The notes beneath the pieces are model-generated. The model made no database searches. It saw nothing but the letters and a program-made list of their open reading frames with translations, and was not told the origin of the DNA. From Terriglobales bacterium (GTDB lineage Bacteria > Acidobacteriota > Terriglobia > Terriglobales > Acidobacteriaceae), in the NCBI GenBank assembly GCA_963802555.1, contig CAWDJD010000003.1, positions 88,971-152,970 on the forward strand: a stretch of 64,000 nt of DNA, in the 5' to 3' direction. Shown here piece after piece: positions 1 through 8,599 of the stretch; the stretch's first letter is position 1, and every line of letters starts with the position of its first letter. Both the position numbers and the translations under genes were made by a program.

Positions 1-72
1 ATGCTCCATGAGGTTGTTAAATTCGGTCAGCGAGTTCGGCTTCAGTCGGGCGGCAACCTTGCGGGCAAACAT
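1..72 (-). CDS. hypothetical protein, first 24 codons only (gene runs off the left edge)
   Basis: Minus-strand ATG at 70-72, with AGGAG (81-85, minus) 8 nt upstream. Reads MFARKVAARLKPNSLTEFNNLMEH with no stop to position 1. Confidence 0.4.
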   Translation of the reverse strand, partial: MFARKVAARLKPNSLTEFNNLMEH

Positions 73-297
73 AATCCAATCTCCTTCGATTCATCTCGAC
101 AGTCGCAGGGCTTTGCTACCGCGCGAATGCATCTGGCGCCACTTTGCGACAAAGAGGAGCGAAAGGCAAGAGAACTGAAAGGGAACTCAGGCTGACCCGC
201 TAAAACGCTGAGGGGAAGGTAGTTACGAAGATTTCTGACCTGGAAGTCTAAGGCTTTTCTGGGGGATTGAAAGAACGAGCTTGCAAGGTCCGTGGTA

Positions 298-368
298 CCC
301 ACCCTTCAAAACCCGAAGGGTGGGGCAGCCCTCATTTTATTTTGGGGAAAGGGAAAGGTGGGCCAGCC
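298..368 (+). repeat. REP-like element, copy 1 (hairpin cccacccttc..gaagggtggg, then ggcagccctcattttatttt ggggaaagggaaa ggtgggccagcc)
   Basis: Nearly identical copy at 445-517, 147 bp downstream. Intergenic. Confidence 0.8.
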
Positions 369-444
369 ACCGTCGATGTGACGGATGACCTGCCCGTTTC
401 TCGATTGCACGGTGAAAATCCAAGGCGGGCTAGAGTCGTGGAAT

Positions 445-517
445 CCCACCCTTCAAAACGCGAAGGGTGGGGCAGCCCTCATTTTATTTAGGGGAAAGGG
501 AAAAGGGTGGGCCAGCC
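445..517 (+). repeat. REP-like element, copy 2
   Basis: Direct repeat of 298-368 with a few substitutions or indels. A partial third trace (gggccagccctcc) lies at 545-556. Confidence 0.8.
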
Positions 518-694
518 CCCCTCGGTTGTGGTAGCGCGAAGAAGGGCCAGCCCTCCATCTCTCTGGATCCCGGGAGGGTTTGACCGTGCGCGGGGAAGCC
601 CTTAGACTGGCACAGTGATCCGCATGCGTCTGGCGAGCCTGTAGGAGGCTTTTTCCTGAATCATTGGCTACGAAGATCGTGGTATGCGGCCTGG

Positions 695-2167
695 TTGGGG
701 CTGATCGTACAGGTGTCGGCGGCGCAGCAGACTACCCAGGTCAGCCTTGATACCAACGAGACGTTGTTTACCGTGCTCACGGCCATGAATACCTGCGGGT
801 ACGACGCGGAACTGGACGCGTCCGATCCCTTGCGAAGCCAGGTGCGCGCCGAAGTCGCGAAGAACATTGAGGCTTCTGAGGATCTGAAGGCTTCGGTGGG
901 AGTGTTGTGCCAAGCCTACCAGGAGCATCAGCTGCCCGACGCGTCCCGCAACCTGGCGCAATTTGTTTCGCTGGCGCTCTTCCTGAATCCTCCTCCACTA
1001 CTGACTTTGAAGGTGAAGGAGGCGGACCTCGCGCCGGATGCGGCGGCGCTGCTGGGGATCGTGCCGCTGTTGCCGAAGTTTTACGCCGACGCCGGCTTAC
1101 ATTCGATCTGGCGGACTCATCTCCCTGAGTTCTCTGCCTTTACGGACCGCTATCACGTGCCCGTGGCCAAGATGTTGTTTGATACCGAAATCTATCTCAA
1201 GGTGCCGTCCTCGGGATACCTGGGACGCGGCTTTACGGTGTACCTGGATCCGATGGGCGCGCCGGGGGAGATCAACGCTCGCAATTACGGTTCCGACTAT
1301 TACGTGGTGATTTCTCCGGGGAAGAGCGCGGCACTCAAGATGGAGCAGATCCGGCACACCTACCTGCACTATCTGCTCGACCCGCTGTCGCTGAAATATC
1401 CGGAAGCGACCAAGCGTTTGACGCCATTGATGGACTCGGTGAAGACGGCCCCGATGGACGAAAGCTTCAAGCAGGAACCGAGCCTGCTGGCGACGGAATG
1501 CCTGATCCGGGCGATCGAGGCGCGCACGGGCGGACCCAGCAAGACGACCGAAGCGGAGCGGCAGCAGGCGGTGGATGCGTCCATGCAGCAAGGGTTCATT
1601 CTGACCCAGTATTTTTATGACGCGCTGATCGCCTTCGAGAAGGACTCGGCGGGCTTGCGGAATGTGTATGGCGGCATGCTGGCGGCGATTGACGTCCGCA
1701 AGGAGGAAAAGCGGGCGGCAGCGACCCAGTTTGCGGCCCAGGCGGACCCGGAAGTCCTGCATCTGGCGCGGCCTGCGCTCGAGGGTAAACTCTTGAGTAC
1801 AGCGGAGCAGCGGCTAGCGTCTGGCGATGTACCGGCGGCGCAGAAATTGGCGCAGCAGGCGCTGGATGAAAAGAGTGAAGATGCAGGACGGGCGCTGTTC
1901 ATTCTGGCGCAGGCGGCCGTCAAAAATAAAGATATGCCGGGGGCGCGCAACTATTTCGAGCAGGCCCTGGGAGTGGCGCACGAACCGAAAGTGGTTGCCT
2001 GGTCCCATATCTACCTGGGCAGGATTTTTGATTTGGAGGAGGAGCGCGACGCGGCCCTGGGCCACTATCGCGCGGCGCTCAACGCGGGGGAGCAATTGCC
2101 CGAGGCCAAAGCGGCGGCGGAACAGGGGTTGCAGCAACCCTACGAACCGCCCAGCCACGCCCAGTAG
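695..2167 (+). CDS. hypothetical secreted protein with C-terminal TPR-like repeats
   Basis: 490-codon ORF. The C-terminus (AQKLAQQALDE..GRALFILAQAAVKNKD..ARNYFEQAL..YLGRIFDLEEERDAALGHYRAAL) looks TPR-like. The annotated start is TTG. The in-frame upstream stretch NHWLRRSWYAAWLGLIVQVSAAQQ looks like a signal peptide and AGGAGG lies at 643-648, so the true start may be CTG at 656. Confidence 0.6.
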   Translation: MGLIVQVSAAQQTTQVSLDTNETLFTVLTAMNTCGYDAELDASDPLRSQVRAEVAKNIEASEDLKASVGVLCQAYQEHQLPDASRNLAQFVSLALFLNPPPLLTLKVKEADLAPDAAALLGIVPLLPKFYADAGLHSIWRTHLPEFSAFTDRYHVPVAKMLFDTEIYLKVPSSGYLGRGFTVYLDPMGAPGEINARNYGSDYYVVISPGKSAALKMEQIRHTYLHYLLDPLSLKYPEATKRLTPLMDSVKTAPMDESFKQEPSLLATECLIRAIEARTGGPSKTTEAERQQAVDASMQQGFILTQYFYDALIAFEKDSAGLRNVYGGMLAAIDVRKEEKRAAATQFAAQADPEVLHLARPALEGKLLSTAEQRLASGDVPAAQKLAQQALDEKSEDAGRALFILAQAAVKNKDMPGARNYFEQALGVAHEPKVVAWSHIYLGRIFDLEEERDAALGHYRAALNAGEQLPEAKAAAEQGLQQPYEPPSHAQ

Positions 2168-2230
2168 AAAGCGTAATGAGATGATGCAATGGCAGCAGGA
2201 ATTCCGAGTTCGCAGTTTCAAGGAGAACGC

Positions 2231-3076
2231 ATGAAGCGAGCAGCTATGTTCGTTGGGACGCTGGCCTTGATGGCATCCGTTGGTGCCGCCCAAACTCAGC
2301 CGGCAACAAAACCGGCCGCCCCGCAAGGCAGCACGACACCCGCCGCCCCGCCCGCGGGGAAGCGCCCTCCACAAGCCAAGACGCAGCCTGAATACGACGC
2401 CTACAAGGCGGCGATCGCCAACGTCAGCGATGCGGCAGCCATGGAAAAATCGGCCAACGATTTTGCCACGAAATTTCCCGACAGCGAATTAAAGGTTTTG
2501 CTCTATCGGGCCGCCATGAACAGCGCCCAGAACGCCAACAACGCCGATCTGATGATGGGCATGGGCGAGAAGGTATTGGCCCTGGACGCGGATGATCCCG
2601 AGGCCCTGGTGGGCGTGGCCCAGGTCCTGGCGGAGCGCACGCAGGATAGCGATCTCGACCGTGACCAGCGCTTCGACCAGGCCACCAAGTTAGCGCAGCA
2701 TTCACTGGAAACCGTGGATACGGACATCACGGTTCCAGCGGGAACTCCGCAGGAAAAAGTCGACAGCTACAAAGCCTATTTGCGCTCCACCGCCTATTCG
2801 ATTATTGGAACGTTGCAGTACAAACGCGACAAGTTTGCCGATGCGGAAGTTTCTCTGCGCAAGTCGATTGACGCCTATCCGGCTCAGCCGGATCCGGTGG
2901 CGGTACTGCGCCTGGCGCTGGCCCTGGACAAGCAGGAAAAGTATCCCGAGGCCCTGAAGGAAGCCAAGCAGGCGGTCGAACTTACGAAAGACAGCACTAC
3001 TGTGGGGAAGGCGGCGCGGGATGAACAGTCACGCCTGGTCCAGTTGGTCCCCGGCGCGCAAGCACCGGCCAAGTAA
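2231..3076 (+). CDS. secreted TPR-repeat protein
   Basis: ATG at 2231 preceded by AGGAG (2221-2225). Signal peptide MKRAAMFVGTLALMASVGAAQ, followed by helical repeat-like sequence. Confidence 0.65.
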   Translation: MKRAAMFVGTLALMASVGAAQTQPATKPAAPQGSTTPAAPPAGKRPPQAKTQPEYDAYKAAIANVSDAAAMEKSANDFATKFPDSELKVLLYRAAMNSAQNANNADLMMGMGEKVLALDADDPEALVGVAQVLAERTQDSDLDRDQRFDQATKLAQHSLETVDTDITVPAGTPQEKVDSYKAYLRSTAYSIIGTLQYKRDKFADAEVSLRKSIDAYPAQPDPVAVLRLALALDKQEKYPEALKEAKQAVELTKDSTTVGKAARDEQSRLVQLVPGAQAPAK

Positions 3077-3172
3077 TAGCTGTTCAGGAAGGAAACGGTA
3101 AGCGGTCAGGCGGTTCGCGAAAGGGATCGCGAACGTGCGGCCGTCCCGAGTGGTTCATCTTCCAGCTTTCCT

Positions 3173-3955
3173 GTGATGAAATCATCCGACATCGCGATGC
3201 TCGAGGGCGTCCTGGGCCACCGGTTTAGGCGTCCGGAGCTGCTGCGGCAGGCGCTGACGCACACCTCGCAAGCCCGGGAGCTCGAGGCTCTGACACCATC
3301 TGAGCCGACCCGCGTGGGGGACAATGAGCAGCTCGAATTTCTGGGAGACGCCGTCCTGGGGCTGATCACGACTGAGGAACTATTCCGGCGCTTTCCGGAC
3401 TTCCGCGAGGGCGAGCTTTCCAAGCTGCGCGCCCACCTGGTGAGTGAGAAGCATCTCATTAAGGTAGCCCAGCAACTGGAGTTGGGATCGTATCTGCGAT
3501 TGGGCCGGGGCGAAGAAAAGAGCGGCGGCCGAAATAAGACGGCCCTGCTTGTAGACGCGCTGGAAGCCGTTCTGGGGGCGCTTTACCTGGATGGTGGATT
3601 GGAGATTGCACGAAGCTTTGTTCTGCAGCTGATTGTCACTCCGGAGCTGGAGAGGAACGGCAATAGTTTGCCAGTCACCGATTACAAATCGGCTCTGCAG
3701 GAGAAATTGCAGGCCAAGGGAGGGCCGCAGCCAACTTACGTCTTGGTGAAGGAACACGGTCCGGACCACAGCAAGACTTTTACGGTTGAAGTCAGGCTGC
3801 GCGGCGCCGATCAAAATGGACGGGCCGCATTCGTGGGCCGGGCCGACGGTTCCACCAAGAAGAACGCTGAACAGGACGCGGCCCGGCAAGCGCTGGAATA
3901 TTTGGCGTCCGTACCCGAGGAAGCCAGTGCGCAGCTGCTGCGCAAGGGGCACTAG
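3173..3955 (+). CDS. rnc: ribonuclease III
   Basis: RNase III signature NEQLEFLGDAVLGL, plus a C-terminal dsRBD-like segment (DYKSALQE..GPDHSKTFTVEV..GSTKKNAEQDAARQAL). Confidence 0.95.
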   Translation: MMKSSDIAMLEGVLGHRFRRPELLRQALTHTSQARELEALTPSEPTRVGDNEQLEFLGDAVLGLITTEELFRRFPDFREGELSKLRAHLVSEKHLIKVAQQLELGSYLRLGRGEEKSGGRNKTALLVDALEAVLGALYLDGGLEIARSFVLQLIVTPELERNGNSLPVTDYKSALQEKLQAKGGPQPTYVLVKEHGPDHSKTFTVEVRLRGADQNGRAAFVGRADGSTKKNAEQDAARQALEYLASVPEEASAQLLRKGH

Positions 3956-3963
3956 AGAGCATC

Positions 3964-4713
3964 ATGGATGAGGCCGAGAAATCGTCGTTGAGCCACTGGC
4001 CGGGGTCGCTGCAATGGCTGCTGAACGCAGTGATCATCGCGACCTTCGTGATGACATTTATTGTGCAGGCCTTTCAAATTCCTTCCGAGTCCATGGAGAA
4101 CACTTTGCTGATTGGCGACTACCTGCTGGTGGACAAGTTTCGCTATGGCGGAGGCGGGTGGCTGGACGCGATTCTGCCCTACCGGCAGGTGCATCGCGGC
4201 GACGTTATCGTCTTCCATTATCCGATTGATCCGCGCCAGCATTTCGTGAAGCGGGTGGTCGGGATTCCCGGTGATCACCTGCGCCTCAAGAACCAGCAAG
4301 TCTATGTGAACGGCGAGTTGATGAATGAACCCTACGTTCACTACAGCACCGTCGGCCACAACCTGTATCGCGACGAATTCCCCCGCACCGACATTTTGGA
4401 TCCGGACGAGGATGGGGAGTGGTGGCTGCTGATGAAGAAATTGGTTGAGGACGGGCAGCTGATTGTTCCCGAAGGAAATTACTTCGCTCTGGGCGACCAT
4501 CGCGATGACAGCAAGGACAGCCGCTACTGGGGGTTTGTCCCCAGGGAAAACATCGTGGGAAGGCCTTTGCTCATCTATTGGTCAGTGAGAAATGGGGCGG
4601 AGGACCTGCCCGCATCGCCCACGGTGGGTGATAAACTTTTTCATTTCGCCTATGCCGTAACTCATTTGTTTCAACTCACTCGTTGGGACCGCACATTCCG
4701 GGTCGTTAGCTAG
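3964..4713 (+). CDS. lepB: signal peptidase I (paralogue 1)
   Basis: S26 motifs: IPSESMENTLLIGDYLLVDK, VKRVVGIPGD, GDHRDDSKDSRYWGFVP. Confidence 0.92.
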   Translation: MDEAEKSSLSHWPGSLQWLLNAVIIATFVMTFIVQAFQIPSESMENTLLIGDYLLVDKFRYGGGGWLDAILPYRQVHRGDVIVFHYPIDPRQHFVKRVVGIPGDHLRLKNQQVYVNGELMNEPYVHYSTVGHNLYRDEFPRTDILDPDEDGEWWLLMKKLVEDGQLIVPEGNYFALGDHRDDSKDSRYWGFVPRENIVGRPLLIYWSVRNGAEDLPASPTVGDKLFHFAYAVTHLFQLTRWDRTFRVVS

Positions 4714-4716
4714 GGC

Positions 4717-5517
4717 GTGACCCGCCCTGCAAGGGGATTGATTCTAGTGGCCAAGAAAGAAATCAAGAAGCAGGAAGAAAAACCGAAAGAGACAACGGTG
4801 GAGTTTCTGGCTTCGCTGGCAACCGTGCTAGTGACCGGCCTGTTCATCATCACGTTCATCATGCAGGCCTTCGAGATTCCTTCCAGCTCCATGGAGAACA
4901 CGCTGCTGATCGGGGACCATGTGTTCGTGAACCGGATGCAATTTGCACCGGCGACTCATTGGCTGGGCCCCATTCTTCCCTATCGCGCGATCCGGCATGG
5001 GGACATCGTGGTATTTCTACACCCTCGGCAACCGGGGCTTTATGTCGTGAAGCGAATCATCGGTATTCCCGGCGACCACATCCACCTGCGCGGCGGAGTG
5101 GTGTATCGCAACGGCGAGAAGTTGGACGAACCCTACCTGTACGAACACAACCCTTCGGACGTCAATTTTTACCGCGACGATTTTCCCTCGGTCCCGCCGC
5201 CGCCAGGTAACACTCCGTACCCAGACGGAGAATTGAGCCTTCAGCCTCACATTGAAGGCGGCGATTTGGTCGTTCCCCCGAACAGCTATTTCGGGATGGG
5301 CGACAATCGCGACGTGAGCCTGGACAGCCGCTTCTGGGGATTCATTCCGCAGGAGAACGTGATCGGGCGGCCCATGTTTATTTACTGGTCCTTCGAGACG
5401 CCGCGCGACCAATATGAAAAAACCGGGATTCTCGACCGATTGAGTTTCGTGGCGCAGGTGGTGATCCATTTCTTCGATGAGACCCGGTGGAATCGCACAT
5501 TGAGGGTGATCCGGTGA
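4717..5517 (+). CDS. lepB: signal peptidase I (paralogue 2)
   Basis: S26 motifs: IPSSSMENTLLIGDHVFVNR, VKRIIGIPGD, GDNRDVSLDSRFWGFIP. Lies 3 nt after paralogue 1. Confidence 0.9.
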   Translation: MTRPARGLILVAKKEIKKQEEKPKETTVEFLASLATVLVTGLFIITFIMQAFEIPSSSMENTLLIGDHVFVNRMQFAPATHWLGPILPYRAIRHGDIVVFLHPRQPGLYVVKRIIGIPGDHIHLRGGVVYRNGEKLDEPYLYEHNPSDVNFYRDDFPSVPPPPGNTPYPDGELSLQPHIEGGDLVVPPNSYFGMGDNRDVSLDSRFWGFIPQENVIGRPMFIYWSFETPRDQYEKTGILDRLSFVAQVVIHFFDETRWNRTLRVIR

Positions 5518-8009
5518 ATTTTTTTCGCTCCAAACGCGGCCTTCTGGCGCTTGGGGCGGTGCTCGTCCTGGTCTTGTTCCTCGTGCGGCCGGGAGCGGAC
5601 CGGCTGCGGACCAGGATTGTTCGCTCCATCAGTCTGGCGCTGGGGAGACAAGTGGATGTGGGCTCGGTGACACTTCAACTGCTGCCGCAGCCCGGCTTCG
5701 AATTGCAGAATTTTGTAGTTCACGATGATCCAGCCTTTAGCGCCGAGCCCATGCTGAGGGCCGACCAGGTTACCGCGTCTCTAAGAGTCAGTTCGCTATT
5801 TCGCGGCCGGATTGAGATCGCCCGCCTAAGCCTGACGGAACCAAGTCTGAATCTGGTACGCAATCGCGAGGGACACTGGAACCTGGAAGGCCTGCTCGAA
5901 CGCGCGGCCAACATCCCGATTGCGCCCACCAGCAAAGCCCGGACCGAGGTGCGCCCCGGCTTTCCCTATATTGAAGCGGATCGCGGCCGCATCAATTTCA
6001 AATTCGGGCAGGAAAAGAAACCGTACGCTCTGACCGATGCCGACTTTGGACTTTGGCAGGATTCGGAAAACGCATGGGGCATGCGTTTGAAGGCACAACC
6101 GGTGCGCACGGATTTTAACCTCAGCGATACCGGTCTTCTGACCGTCAACGGAACCTGGCAGAGAGCGACGGCGTTGCGCGCAACTCCTCTGCAGTTCAGT
6201 TTGCAGTGGGCAAAGGCGCAGCTCGGGCAGGCCTCCAAACTGGTTTACGGCAACGATCAGGGATGGAGAGGAACGATTCAATTCTCCGCTACCCTGACCG
6301 GAACCCCGGGTGATCTGCTGGTCAAGACGGCGGCGTCCGTAGAAGATTTTCGCCGCTTCGATATTCCCGAGGGAGGCGCTCTGCGGCTAGCGGCTGCGTG
6401 CAGCGGACACTACAGCACGGCGGACCAAATTCTTTCCCGACTCACTTGCCGCGCGCCGGTCGAGGATGGCGCGGTCACGTTGGATGGCAGCGTGGCGGGT
6501 CTGCCTGGTTCCCCAGCCTACGATTTGGCCCTGGTGGTCCAGCACGTACCCATACAGGCGCTGGTAGGGCTGGCTCGCCATGCGAAGAAAAATATTCCCG
6601 GCGATTTGTTGGCGGCTGGAACGCTGGAAGCAAATGCTAAGTATGTCGGGGTGGGGAATCGAGGTCCTGCCTGCTGGACGGGCGCGGGCGAGACTCTGGG
6701 ATTCCGCCTGGGCTCCAATTCTACCGACACTAAGTTGGCGCTCGATAAGATTCCGTTCGCGATTTCTGGGAATGGAACCAACCTTCCGGCGATTGGACCT
6801 CGCTTAAATATTGGGCCATTTAACCTCTCGCTCGGGAGACCTTCACCAGCAGTGACGCGAGGTTGGCTCACTTATTCGGGGTATGGCCTCATGCTCCAGG
6901 GAGACGCGCAGGTGCAACGGCTACTGCAAGTCGCGCGAACCATCGGGATTCCTGTCCCCGTGCTCGCTGCTGACGGAGTCGCAAAAGTAGCCCTGCAAGC
7001 CGCCGGCGACTGGGCAGGATTCAAGGCACCCATCACTACCGGCACCGTGCAACTGCATGCTATTCGCGCGCCGGTCGCGGGATTAAATGTGCCTCTGGAA
7101 ATTGCCTCTGCGGACTTGTCTTTGGAGCGGGAGGAAATCAAAGTGCAAAATCTGACGGCTTCGCTGGCAAAGAATACGTGGCGTGGCTCGCTGACCATAC
7201 CACGAGGCCCATGCGCCGCGCCGGGACATTGTCCAGTCCGCTTCGATCTGCACGCCGACGAGCTGGCCACCGACCAACTCGGCCAGCTTCTGGGCCCGCC
7301 GCCGCACGCACGAGCGTGGTACCAATTCTCGACTACCCCATCGCCCGGTGTTCCTTACCTGCGCACTCTGCACGCTGTGGGAACGCTGGCAGTGGATCGA
7401 TTGGTGATTCACAAGCTGGTGGCGACCGGACTTTCGGCCAATACCGAACTGGAAAATGGCAAACTCCGACTGTCGGAATTGCGCGGCAGCGTTCTCGGCG
7501 GACGGCATGACGGCGAGTGGAAAGCTGATTTCACCGTCAAGCCGCCGGCCTACGCGGGAGGCGGCACGCTGCAACATGTCGTCCTCGGCCAGCTTGCCGA
7601 CGCTATGCACGACGGCTGGATCAGCGGGACCGCGACGGCGAGTTATCAGGCGTCCACTTCCGGCTGGAGTGTTTCCGACCTGCTCACCTCCGCCAACGCA
7701 AGTTTGCAGGTCGACGCGCAGGACGCCCGGTTGCCGCATCTCGCTCTGGCCAACCCCGGTGGGCCTTTGCAAGTGCGCCGCTTCGGCGGGCGGTTCCTGA
7801 TTCGCAGCGGCAAGCTGGAAATCCAGGACGGCGAGTTCGAAACCACCAACGGCATATATCGGATGAGTGGCACCGCATCGTTCACTCGTAGTCTGGACAT
7901 GAAACTTTCCCGCGAAGGCAGTCGAGGATTTAGCATCACGGGCACGCTCACGGAACCCCACGTCTCGCCCCTCGCAACTCCGGAAACTCGGGCCGCTCTT
8001 AAACCATGA
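5514..8009 (+). CDS. AsmA-family outer-membrane biogenesis protein (large secreted or anchored protein)
   Basis: N-terminal anchor KRGLLALGAVLVLVLFLV followed by an AsmA-like start (VGSVTLQLLPQPGFELQNFVV). GTG at 5514 overlaps the lepB stop as GTGA. The ORF is open from 5487. Confidence 0.7.
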   Translation: MNFFRSKRGLLALGAVLVLVLFLVRPGADRLRTRIVRSISLALGRQVDVGSVTLQLLPQPGFELQNFVVHDDPAFSAEPMLRADQVTASLRVSSLFRGRIEIARLSLTEPSLNLVRNREGHWNLEGLLERAANIPIAPTSKARTEVRPGFPYIEADRGRINFKFGQEKKPYALTDADFGLWQDSENAWGMRLKAQPVRTDFNLSDTGLLTVNGTWQRATALRATPLQFSLQWAKAQLGQASKLVYGNDQGWRGTIQFSATLTGTPGDLLVKTAASVEDFRRFDIPEGGALRLAAACSGHYSTADQILSRLTCRAPVEDGAVTLDGSVAGLPGSPAYDLALVVQHVPIQALVGLARHAKKNIPGDLLAAGTLEANAKYVGVGNRGPACWTGAGETLGFRLGSNSTDTKLALDKIPFAISGNGTNLPAIGPRLNIGPFNLSLGRPSPAVTRGWLTYSGYGLMLQGDAQVQRLLQVARTIGIPVPVLAADGVAKVALQAAGDWAGFKAPITTGTVQLHAIRAPVAGLNVPLEIASADLSLEREEIKVQNLTASLAKNTWRGSLTIPRGPCAAPGHCPVRFDLHADELATDQLGQLLGPPPHARAWYQFSTTPSPGVPYLRTLHAVGTLAVDRLVIHKLVATGLSANTELENGKLRLSELRGSVLGGRHDGEWKADFTVKPPAYAGGGTLQHVVLGQLADAMHDGWISGTATASYQASTSGWSVSDLLTSANASLQVDAQDARLPHLALANPGGPLQVRRFGGRFLIRSGKLEIQDGEFETTNGIYRMSGTASFTRSLDMKLSREGSRGFSITGTLTEPHVSPLATPETRAALKP

Positions 8010-8599
8010 AGGCTCTCATACCCATGCTTCCGGGATTGATTTTTCTTGCTGCCGGCTTACTGAGTTCATCTCCGGGCCAAACCTCTTCCGCAAATCCTGC
8101 TGCCACAGCCACCATGGAGAAGAAGCTGCAATACGTGGTCAGCAACGGAAGGTTGGCACACCCAAATCCCTCGCCAACCGAATTTACGGATCAAGAGATT
8201 AACGCCTACTTTGCTGCAGGAAAGGTCAAGCTGCCGGCTGGAGTGCAGTCCGTAAATTTTCAGGCGCAACCAGGGATGATCGCGGGCACCGCGCAGGTGG
8301 ACTTTGATCAAATCAAGGCCGGACGCAATTCGAGCAATCCGCTGCTCTCAATTTTCAGCGGGATTCACACCGTGGTTGTCGTCGCGCACGCGCACGGCGA
8401 AGGCGGGCAAGGCTATGTGCATGTAGATTCGGTGATCCTTGACGACACCGAAATCCCGCCACTCATTCTGCAAATCTTCGTACAAAAGTTCATCCAGCCG
8501 AAATATCCAAACCTCGGAATGGATTCGCACTTCACCCTGCCAGCGCGCGTTGACACAGCAACCGTCGGACTGCAAAAGCTGACCATTACCCAGAAATAA
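8006..8599 (+). CDS. hypothetical secreted protein
   Basis: 197-codon ORF. Its ATG overlaps the previous stop (ATGA). Signal-like N-terminus MKALIPMLPGLIFLAAGLLSSS. Confidence 0.55.
   Translation: MKALIPMLPGLIFLAAGLLSSSPGQTSSANPAATATMEKKLQYVVSNGRLAHPNPSPTEFTDQEINAYFAAGKVKLPAGVQSVNFQAQPGMIAGTAQVDFDQIKAGRNSSNPLLSIFSGIHTVVVVAHAHGEGGQGYVHVDSVILDDTEIPPLILQIFVQKFIQPKYPNLGMDSHFTLPARVDTATVGLQKLTITQK

Noticed and set aside
1-302. ORFs 1-195 (+) and 42-302 (-) at the left edge.
   Set aside because: A better model is a minus-strand gene starting at 72 with a Shine-Dalgarno. The two track ORFs have no motifs, and the sequence beyond 73 is probably 5' leader or promoter.
607-625. Sigma-54-like TGGCAC...GC motif upstream of the first gene (ctggcacagtgatccgc).
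   Set aside because: GG and GC are separated by 11 nt rather than 10, and the -12 region lacks TTGC.
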